Position numbers and translations under genes: made by a program. The notes under the pieces were generated by a model that saw only the letters and a program-made list of their open reading frames with translations, was not told the origin of the DNA and searched no databases. From positions 11,780,001-11,844,000 of the forward strand of contig OZ024741.1 of NCBI GenBank assembly GCA_964016885.1: 64,000 nt of DNA, given 5' to 3'. Positions 31,091 to 42,659 of the stretch are shown in pieces (the first letter of the stretch is position 1; every line of letters starts with the position of its first letter). The DNA comes from Eledone cirrhosa. Its lineage: Eukaryota.

Positions 31091-33899
31091 ACTATATGTA
31101 TGTCTCTGTGTCACTATATGTATGTTTATGTGTCACTGTATGTATGTGTCTGTGTCACTATATGTATGTGTCTGTGTCACTGTATGTATGTCTCTGGGTT
31201 ACTATATGTATGTGTCTGTGTCACTGTATGTATGTGTCTGTGTCATTATATGTATGTGTCTGTGTCACTATATGTATCTGTCTGTGTCACTACATGTATG
31301 TGTCTGTGTCACTATATGTATGTGTCTGTGTCACTATATGTATGTGTCTGTGTCACTATATGTATGTGTCTGTGTCACTATATGTATGTGTCTGTGTCAC
31401 TATATGTATGTGTCTGTGTCACTATATGTATGTGTCTGTGTCACTATATGTATGTGTCTGTGTCACTATATGTATGTGTCTGTATCACTGTATGTATGTG
31501 TCTGTGTCACTATATGTATGTCTCTGTGTCACTATATGTATGTGTCTCTGTCACTATATGTATGTGTCTGTGTCACTATATGTATGTGTCTGTGTCACTA
31601 TATGTATGTGTCTGTGTCACTGTATGTATGTGTCTGTGTCACTATATGTATGTGTCTGTGTCACTATATGTATGTGTCTGTGTCACTATATGTATGTGTC
31701 TGTGTCACTATATGTATGTCTCTGTGTCACTATATGTATGTGTCTGTGTCACTATATGTATGTGTCTGTGTCACTGTATATATGTGTCTGTGTCATTATA
31801 TTTATGTGTCTGTGTCACTGTATGTATGTGTCTGTGTCACTGTATGTCTGTGTCTGTGTCACTAAATGTATGTCTGTGTCACTATATGTTTGTGTGTCTG
31901 TGTCACTATATGTATGTGTCTGTGTCACTATATGTATGTGTCTGTGTCACTATATGTATGTGTCTGTGACACTATATGTATGTCTCTGTGTCACTATATG
32001 TATGTGTCTGTGTCACTATATGTATGTGTCTGTGTCACTATATATATGTGTCTGTGTCACTATATGTATGTGTCTCTGTCACTATATGTATGTGTCTGTG
32101 TCACTATATGTATGTGTCTGTGTCATTATATGTATGTGTCTGTGTCACTATATGTATGTGTCTGTGTCACTATATGTATGTGTCTTTGTCACTATATGTA
32201 TGTGTCTGTGTCACTATATGTATGTCTCTGTCACTATATGTATGTGTCTGTGTCACTATATGTATGTGTCTCTGTCACTATATGTTTGTATCTGTGTCAC
32301 TATATGTATGTGTCTGTGTCACTATATGTATGTGTCTGTGTCACTATATGTTTGTGTCTGTGTTACTATATATATGTGTCTGTGTCACTATATGTATGTG
32401 TCTCTGTCACTATATGTTTGTGTCTGTGTTACTATATATATGTGTCTGTGTCACTATATGTATGTGTCTGTGTCACTGTATGTATGTGTCTGTGTCACTG
32501 TATGTATGTCTCTGTGTCACTATATGTATGTGTCTGTGTCACTATATGTATGTGTCTCTGTCACTATATGTATGTGTCTGTGTCACTATATGTATGTGTC
32601 TGTGTCACTATATGTTTGTGTCTGTGTCACTATATATATATGTGTCTGTGTCACTATATGTAGGTGTCTGTGTCACTGTATGTATGTGTCTCTGTCACTG
32701 TATGTATGTGTCTGTGTCACTATATGTATGTTTCTGGGTCACTATATGTATGTGTCTCTGTCACTATATGTATGTCTCTGTGTCACTATATGTATGTGTC
32801 TGTGTCACTATATGTTTGTGTCTGTGTCACTATATATATGTGTCTGTGTCACTATATGTATGTGTCTGTGTCACTGTATGTATGTGTCTGTGTCACTGTA
32901 TGTATGTGTCTGTGTCACTATATGTATGTGTCGCTGTCACTATATGTATGTGTCTGTATCGCTATATGTATGTGTGTGTGTCACCATATGTATGTCTCTG
33001 TGTCACTATATGTATGTGTCTGTGTCACTGTATGTATGTGTCTGTGCCACTATATGTATGTGACTGTGTCACTATATGTATTTGACTGTGTCACTGTATG
33101 TATGTGTCTGTGTCACTATATGTATGTGTCTGTGTCACTATATGTATGTCTCTGTGTCACTATATGTATGTCTCTGTGTCACTATATGTATGTGTCTGTG
33201 TAACTATATGTATGTGTCTGTGCCACTATATGTATGTGACTGTGTCACTATATGTATGTGACTGTGTCACTGTATGTATGTGTCTGTGTCACTATATGTA
33301 TGTGTCTGTGTCACTATATGTATGTCTCTGTGTCACTATATGTATGTCTCTGTGTCACTATATATATGTGTCTGTGTCACTATATGTATGTGTCTGTACC
33401 ACTATATGTATGTGTCTGTGTCACTGTATGTATGTGTCTGTGTCACTATATTTATGTGTCTGTGTCACTGTATGTATGTCTCTGTGTCACTATATGTATG
33501 TGTCTGTGTCACTATATGTATGTGTCTCTGTCACTATATGTATGTTTCTGTGTCACTATATGTATGTCTCTGTGTCACTGTATGTATGTGTCTGTGTCAC
33601 TATATGTATGTGTCTGTATCACTGTATGTATGTCTCTGTGTCACTATATGTATGTGTCTGTGTCACTGTATGTATGTGTCTGTGTCATTATATGTATGTG
33701 TCTGTGTCACTATATGTATCTGTCTGTGTCACTATATGTATGTGTCTGTGTCACTATATGTATGTGTCTGTGTCACTATATGTATGTGTCTGTGTCACTA
33801 TATGTATGTGTCTCTGTCACTATATGTATGTGTCTGTGTCACTATATGTATGTGTCTGTGTCACTATATGTTTGTGTCTGTGTTACTATATATATGTGT

Positions 33900-36800
33900 C
33901 TGTGTCACTATATGTATGTGTCTGTGTCACTGTATGTATGTGTCTGTGTCACTGTATGTATGTGTCTGTGTCACTATATGTATGTGTCTCTGTCACTATA
34001 TGTATGTGTCTGTGTCACTATATGTATGTGTCTGTGTCACTATATGTTTGTGTCTGTGTCACTATATATATGTGTCTGTGTCACTATATGTAGGTGTCTG
34101 TGTCACTGTATGTATGTGTCTCTGTCACTGTATGTATGTGTCTGTGTCACTATATGTATGTTTCTGTGTCACTATATGTATGTGTCTCTGTCACTATATG
34201 TATGTCTCTGTGTCACTATATGTATGTGTCTGTGTCACTATATGTTTGTGTCTGTGTCACTATATATATGTGTCTGTGTCACTATATGTATGTGTCTGTA
34301 TCACTATATGTATGTCTCTGTGTCACTATATGTATGTGTCTGTGTCACTGTATGTATGTGTCTGTGTCATTATATGTATGTGTCTGTGTCACTGTATGTA
34401 TGTGTCTGTGCCAATATATGTATGTGACTGTGTCACTATATGTATGTGACTGTGTCACTGTATGTATGTGTCTGTGTCACTATATGTATGTGTCTGTGTC
34501 ACTATATGTATGTCTCTGTGTTACTATATGTATGTCTCTGTGTCACTATATGTATGTGTCTGTGTAACTATATGTATGTGTCTGTGCCACTATATGTATG
34601 TGACTGTGTCACTATATGTATGTGACTGTGTCACTGTATGTATGTGTCTGTGTCACTATATGTATGTGTCTGTGTCACTATATGTATGTCTCTGTGTCAC
34701 TATATGTATGTCTCTGTGTCACTATATGTATGTGTCTGTGTCACTATATGTATGTGTCTGTAGCACTATATGTATGTGTCTGTGTCACTGTATCTATGTG
34801 TCTGTGTCACTATATGTATGTGTCTGTGTCACTGTATGTATGTGTCTGTGTCAATATATGTATGTGTCTGTGTCACTATATGTATGTCTCTGTGTCACTA
34901 TATGTATGTCTCTGTGTCACTGTATGTATGTGTCTGTGTCACTATATGTATGTGTCTGTATCACTGTATGTATGTCTCTGTGTCACTATATGTATGTGTC
35001 TGTGTCACTGTATGTATGTGTCTGTGTCATTATATGTATGTGTCTGTGTCACTATATGTATCTGTCTGTGTCACTATATGTATGTGTCTGTGTCACTATA
35101 TGTATGTGTCTGTGTCACTATATGTATGTGTCTGTGTCACTATATGTATGTGTCTGTGTCACTATATGTATGTGTCTGTGTCACTATATGTATGTGTCTG
35201 TGTCACTATATGTATGTGTCTGTATCACTGTATGTATGTGTCTGTGTCACTATATGTATGTCTCTTTGTCACTATATGTATGTGTCTCTGTCACTATATG
35301 CATGTATGTGTCTGTGTCACTATATGTATGTGTCTGTGTCACTATATTTATGTGTCTGTGTCACTGTATGTATGTGTCTGTGTCACTATATGTATGTGTC
35401 TGTGTCACTATATGTATGTGTCTGTGTCACTATATGTATGTGTCTGTGTCACTATATGTATGTCTCTGTGTCACTGTATGTATGTGTCTGTGTCACTATA
35501 TGTATGTGTCTGTGTCACTATATGTATGTGTCTGTGTCACTATATGTATGTGTCTGTGTCACTGTATATATGAGTCTGTGTCATTATATTTATGTGTCTG
35601 TGTCACTGTATGTATGTGTCTGTGTCACTGTATGTATGTATCTGTGTCACTAAATGTATGTCTGTGTCACTATATGTTTGTGTGTCTGTGTCACTATATG
35701 TATGTGTCTGTGTCACTATATATATGTGTCTGTGTCACTATATGTATGTGTCTCTGTCACTATATGTATGTGTCTGTGTCACTATATGTATGTGTCTGTG
35801 TCATTATATGTATGTGTGTGTGTCACTATATGTATGTGTCTGTGTCACTATATGTATGTGTCTTTGTCACTATATGTATGTGTCTGTGTCACTATATGTA
35901 TGTGTCTCTGTCACTATATGTTTGTATCTGTGTCACTATATGTATGTGTCTGTGTCACTATATGTATGTGTCTGTGTCACTATATGTATGTGTCTTTGTC
36001 ACTATATGTATGTGTCTGTGCCACTATATGTATGTGTCTCTGTCACTATATGTTTGTATCTGTGTCACTATATGTAAGTGTCTGTGTCACTATATATATG
36101 TGTCTGTGTCACTATATGTATGTGTCTCTGTCACTATATGTATGTGTCTGTGTCACTATATGTATGTGTCTGTGTCACTATATGTTTGTGTCTGTGTTAC
36201 TATATATATGTGTCTGTGTCACTATATGTATGTTTCTGTGTCACTGTATGTATGTGTCTGTGTCACTGTATGTATGTGTCTGTGTCACTGTATGTATGTG
36301 TCTGTGTCACTGTATGTATGTGTCTCTGTCACTATATGTATGTGTCTGTGTCACTATATGTATGTGTCTGTGTCACTATATGTTTGTGTCTGTGTCACTA
36401 TATATATGTGTCTGTGTCACTATATGTAGGTGTCTGTGTCACAATATATATGTTTCTGTGTCACTATATGTATGTGTCTGTGTCACTATATGTATGTGTC
36501 TGTGTCACTGTATGTATGTGTCTGTGTCACTGTATGTATGTGTCTGTGTCACTATATGTATGTGTCTCTGTCACTATATGTCTGTGTCTGTGTCACTATA
36601 TGTATGTGTCTGTGTCACTATATGTTTGTGTCTGTGTCACTATATATATGTGTCTGTGTCACTATATGTAGGTGTCTGTGTCACTGTATGTATGTGTCTC
36701 TGTCACTGTATGTATGTGTCTGTGTCACTATATGTATGTTTCTGTGTCACTATATGTATGTGTCTCTGTCACTATATGTATGTCTCTGTGTCACTATATG

Positions 36801-39060
36801 TATGTGTCTGTGTCACTATATGTTTGTGTCTGTGTCACTATATATATGTGTCTGTGTCACTATATGTATGTGTCTGTATCACTATATGTATGTCTCTGTG
36901 TCACTATATGTATGTGTCTGTGTCACTGTATGTATGTGTCTGTGTCATTATATGTATGTGTCTGTGTCACTGTATGTATGTGTCTGTGCCACTATATGTA
37001 TGTGACTGTGTCACTATATGTATGTGACTGTGTCACTGTATGTATGTGTCTGTGTCACTATATGTATGTGTCTGTGTCACTATATGTATGTCTCTGTGTT
37101 ACTATATGTATGTCTCTGTGTCACTATATGTATGTGTCTGTGTAACTATATGTATGTGTCTGTGCCACTATATGTATGTGACTGTGTCACTATATGTATG
37201 TGACTGTGTCACTGTATGTATGTGTCTGTGTCACTATATGTATGTGTCTGTGTCACTATATGTATGTCTCTGTGTCACTATATGTATGTCTCTGTGTCAC
37301 TATATGTATGTGTCTGTGTCACTATATGTATGTGTCTGTAGCACTATATGTATGTGTCTGTGTCACTGTATCTATGTGTCTGTGTCACTATATGTATGTG
37401 TCTGTGTCACTGTATGTATGTGTCTGTGTCACTATATGTATGTGTCTGTGTCACTATATGTATGTCTCTGTGTCACTATATGTATGTCTCTGTGTCACTG
37501 TATGTATGTGTCTGTGTCACTATATGTATGTGTCTGTATCACTGTATGTATGTCTCTGTGTCACTATATGTATGTGTCTGTGTCACTGTATGTATGTGTC
37601 TGTGTCATTATATGTATGTGTCTGTGTCACTATATGTATCTGTCTGTGTCACTATATGTATGTGTCTGTGTCACTATATGTATGTGTCTGTGTCACTATA
37701 TGTATGTGTCTGTGTCACTATATGTATGTGTCTGTGTCACTATATGTATGTGTCTGTGTCACTATATGTATGTGTCTGTGTCACTATATGTATGTGTCTG
37801 TGTCACTATATGTATGTGTCTGTGTCACTATATGTATGTGTCTGTATCACTGTATGTATGTGTCTGTGTCACTATATGTATGTCTCTTTGTCACTATATG
37901 TATGTGTCTCTGTCACTATATGCATGTATGTGTCTGTGTCACTATATGTATGTGTCTGTGTCACTATATTTATGTGTCTGTGTCACTGTATGTATGTGTC
38001 TGTGTCACTATATGTATGTGTCTGTGTCACTATATGTATGTGTCTGTGTCACTATATGTATGTGTCTGTGTCACTATATGTATGTCTCTGTGTCACTATA
38101 TGTATGTGTCTGTGTCACTATATGTATGTGTCTGTGTCACTATATGTATGTGTCTGTGTCACCATATGTATGTGTCTGTGTCACTGTATATATGAGTCTG
38201 TGTCATTATATTTATGTGTCTGTGTCACTGTATGTATGTGTCTGTGTCACTGTATGTATGTATCTGTGTCACTAAATGTATGTCTGTGTCACTATATGTT
38301 TGTGTGTCTGTGTCACTATATGTATGTGTCTGTGTCACTATATATATGTGTCTGTGTCACTATATGTATGTGTCTCTGTCACTATATGTATGTGTCTGTG
38401 TCACTATATGTATGTGTCTGTGTCATTATATGTATGTGTGTGTGTCACTATATGTATGTGTCTGTATATGTATGTGTCTTTGTCACTATATGTATGTGTC
38501 TGTGTCACTATATGTATGTGTCTCTGTCACTATATGTTTGTATCTGTGTCACTATATGTATGTGTCTGTGTCACTATATGTATGTGTCTGTGTCACTATA
38601 TGTATGTGTCTTTGTCACTATATGTATGTGTCTGTGCCACTATATGTATGTGTCTCTGTCACTATATGTTTGTATCTGTGTCACTATATGTAAGTGTCTG
38701 TGTCACTATATATATGTGTCTGTGTCACTATATGTATGTGTCTCTGTCACTATATGTATGTGTCTGTGTCACTATATGTATGTGTCTGTGTCACTATATG
38801 TTTGTGTCTGTGTTACTATATATATGTGTCTGTGTCACTATATGTATGTTTCTGTGTCACTGTATGTATGTGTCTGTGTCACTGTATGTATGTGTCTGTG
38901 TCACTGTATGTATGTGTCTGTGTCACTGTATGTATGTGTCTCTGTCACTATATGTATGTGTCTGTGTCACTATATGTATGTGTCTGTGTCACTATATGTT
39001 TGTGTCTGTGTCACTATATATATGTGTCTGTGTCACTATATGTAGGTGTCTGTGTCACTA
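33900..39060. repeat. Tandem duplication, unit ~2.58-2.62 kb
   Basis: 34094/36672, 34440/37018 and 34770/37348 are offset by 2,578. 35592/38214 is offset by 2,622. 36078/38694 and 36430/39046 are offset by 2,616, after a 6-bp deletion near 38465. The copies share private variants TGTAGCAC, ATGCATGTATG and TATGTAAGTG. Confidence 0.88.
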
Positions 39061-42000
39061 TATATATGTGTCTGTGTCACTATATGTATGTGTCTGTGTC
39101 ACTATATGTATGTGTCTGTGTCACTGTATGTATGCGTCTGTGTCACTATATGTATGTGTCTGTGTCACTATATGTATGTGTCTGTGTCACTATATGTATG
39201 TGTCTGTGTCACTATATGTATGTGTCTGTGTCACAGTATGTATGTGTCTGTGTCACTATATGTATGTGCCTGTGTCACTATATGTATGTGTCTGTGTCAC
39301 AGTATGTATGTGTCTGTGTCACTATATGTATCTGTCTGTGTCACTATATGTATGTGTCTGTGTCACTATATGTTCGTGTCTGTGTCACTATATGTATGTG
39401 TCTGTGTCACTATATGTATGTGTCTGTGTCACTATATGTATGTCTCTGTGTCACTATATGTATGTGTCTGTGTCACTATATGTATGTGTATGTGTCACTA
39501 TATGTATGTGTCTGTGTCACTATATGTTTGTGTCTGTGTCTATATGTATGTGTCTGTGTCACTATATGTATGTGTCTGTGTCACTATATGTATGTGTCTG
39601 TGTCACTATATGTATGTGTATGTCTCACTATATGTATGTGTCTGTGGCACTATATGTATGTTTCTGTGTCACTATATGTATGTGTCTGTGTCACTATATA
39701 TATGTGTCTGTGTCACTATATGTATGTGTCTGTGTCACTATATGTATGTCTCTGTGTCACTGTATGTTTGTGTCTCTGTCACCATATGTATGTGTCTGTG
39801 TCACTATATGTATGTGTCTGTGTCACTATATGTATGTGTCTGTGTCACCATATGTATGTGTCTGTGTCACTATATGTATGTGTCTGTGTCACTATATGTA
39901 TGTGTCTGTGTCACTATATGTATGTGTCTGTGTCACTATATGTATGTGTCTGTGTCACTATATGTATGTGTCTGTGTCACTATATGTACGTGTCTGTGTC
40001 ACAGTATGTATGTGTCTGTGTCACTATATGTATCTGTCTGTGTCACTATATGTATAAGTCCGTGTCACTATATGTATGTCTCTGTGTCACTGTATGTTTG
40101 TGTCTGTGTCACTATACGTATGTCTCTGTGTCAGTGTATGTATCTGTCTGTGTCACTATATGTATGTGTCTGTGTCACTATATGTATGTGTCCGTGTCAC
40201 TATATGTTTGTGTCTGTGTCACTATATGTATGTGTCTGTGTCACTATATGTATGTCTCTGTGTCACTATGTGTATGTGTCTGTGTCACTATATGTATGTG
40301 TCTGTGTCAGAATATGTATGTGTCTGTGTCACTATATGTATGTGTCTGTGTCACTATATGTATGTGTCTGTGTCACTATATGTTTGTGTCTGTGTCACTA
40401 TATGTATGTCTCTGTGTCACTATGTGTATGTCTCTGTGTCACTATATGTATGTGTCTGTGTCACAGTATGTATGTGTCTGTGTCACTATATGTATGTGTC
40501 TGTGTCACTATATGTATGTGTCTGTGTCACTATATGTATGTCTCTGTGTCACTGTATGTATGTGTATGTGTCACTATATGTATGTCTCTGTGTCACTGTA
40601 TGTATCTGTCTGTGTCACTATATGTATGTGTCTGTGTCACTATATGTATGTGTCTGTGTCACTATATGTTTGTGTCTGTGTCACTATATGTATGTGTCTG
40701 TGTCACTATATGTATGTCTCTGTGTCACTATGTGTATGTGTCTGTGTCACTATATGTATGTGTCTGTGTCAGAATATGTATGTGTCTGTGTCACTATATG
40801 TATGTGTCTGTGTCACTATATGTATGTGTCTGTGTCACTATATGTTTGTGTCTGTGTCACTATATGTATGTCTCTGTGTCACTATGTGTATGTCTCTGTG
40901 TCACTATATGTATGTGTCTGTGTCACTATATGTATGTGTCTGTGTCACTATATGTATGTGTCTGTGTCACTATATGTATGTCTCTGTGTCACTGTATGTT
41001 TGTGTCTGTGTCACTATATGTATCTGTCTGTGTCACTATATGTATGTGTCTGTGTCACTATATGTATGTGTCTGTGTCACTATATGTTTGTGTCTGTGTC
41101 ACTATATGTATGTGTCTGTGTCACTATATGTATGTCTCTGTGTCACTATATGTATGTGTCTGTGTCACTATATGTATGTCTCTGTGTCACTATATGTATG
41201 TGTCTGTGTCACTATATGTATGTGTCTGTGTCACTATATGTATGTGTCTGCGTCACTATATGTATGTGTCTGTGTCACTATATGTATGTGTCTGTGTCAC
41301 TATATGCATGTGTCTGTGTCACTATATGTATGTGTCTGTGTCACTATATGTATGTGTCTGTGTCACTATATGTTTGTGTCTGTGTCACTATATGTATGTG
41401 TCTGTGTCACTATCTGTATGTCTCTGTGTCACTATGTGTATGTGTCTGTGTCACTATATGTATGTGTCTGTGTCAGTATATGTATGTGACTGTGTCACTA
41501 TATGTATGTGTCTGTGTCACTAAATGTATGTGTCTGTGTCACTATATGTATGTGTCTTTGTCACTATATGTATGTGTCTGTGTCACTATATGTATGTGGC
41601 TGTTTCACTATATGTATGTGTCTGTGTCACTATATGTATGTGTCTGTGTCACTATATGTATGTGTCTGTGTCACTATATGTATGTGTCTGTGTCACTATA
41701 TGTATGTGTCTGTCACTATATGTATGTGTCTGTGTCACTATATGTATGTCTCTGTTTCACTATATGTATGTGTCTGTGTCACTATATGTATGTGTCTGTG
41801 TCACTATATGTATGTGTCTGTGTCACTATATGTATGTGTCTGTGTCACTATATGTATGTGTCTGTGTCACTATATGTTTGTGTCTGTGTCACTATATATA
41901 TGTGTCTGTGTCACTATATGTATGTCTCTGTGTCACTATATGTATGTGTCTGTGTCACTATATGTATGTGTCTGTGTCACTATATGTATGTGTCTGTGTC

Positions 42001-42659
42001 ACTATATGTTTGTGTCTGTGTCACTATATGTATGTGTCTGTGTCACTATATGTATGTGTCTGTGTCACTATATGTATGTCTCTGTGTCACTATATGTATG
42101 TGTCTGTGTCACTATATGTATGTGTCTGTGTCACTATATGTTTATCTCTGTGTCACTATATGTATGTGTCTGTGTCACTATATGTATGTGTCTGTGTCAC
42201 TGTATGTATGTTTCTGTGTCACTATATGTATGTGTCTGTGTCACTATATGTATGTGTCTGTGTCACTATATGTATGTCTCTGTGTCACTATATGTATGTG
42301 TCTGTGTCACTATATGTATGTCTCTGTGTCACTATATGTATGTGTCTGTGTCACTATATGTATGTGTCTGTGTCACTGTATGTATGTGTCTGTGTCACTA
42401 TATGTATGTGTCTGTGTCACTATATGTATGTCTCTGTGTCACTATATGTATGTGTCTGTGTCACTATATGTATGTCTCTGTGTCACTATATGTATGTGTC
42501 TGTGTCACTATATGTATGTGTCTGTGTCACTGTATGTATGTGTCTGTGTCACTGTATGTATGTGTCTGTGTCAGTATATGTATGTCTCTGTGTCACTATA
42601 TGTATGTGTCCGTGTCACTATATGTATGTCTCTGTGTCACTGTATGTTTGTGTCTGTGT

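Larger units (their letters stand above)
1..39050. repeat. Left sub-array (variant family A)
   Basis: Diagnostic variants are confined here: CTGTAAG (1665, 6745, 14311, 19697, 23771, 26323), GTAGGTG (TAG ending 4841, 9921, 15307, 29497, 32663, 34093, 36429, 36671, 39045), TCTGGGTCAC, TGTGACAC, TTACTATATA, the 20+24-bp monomer pair and the 26-bp monomer. Confidence 0.85.
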
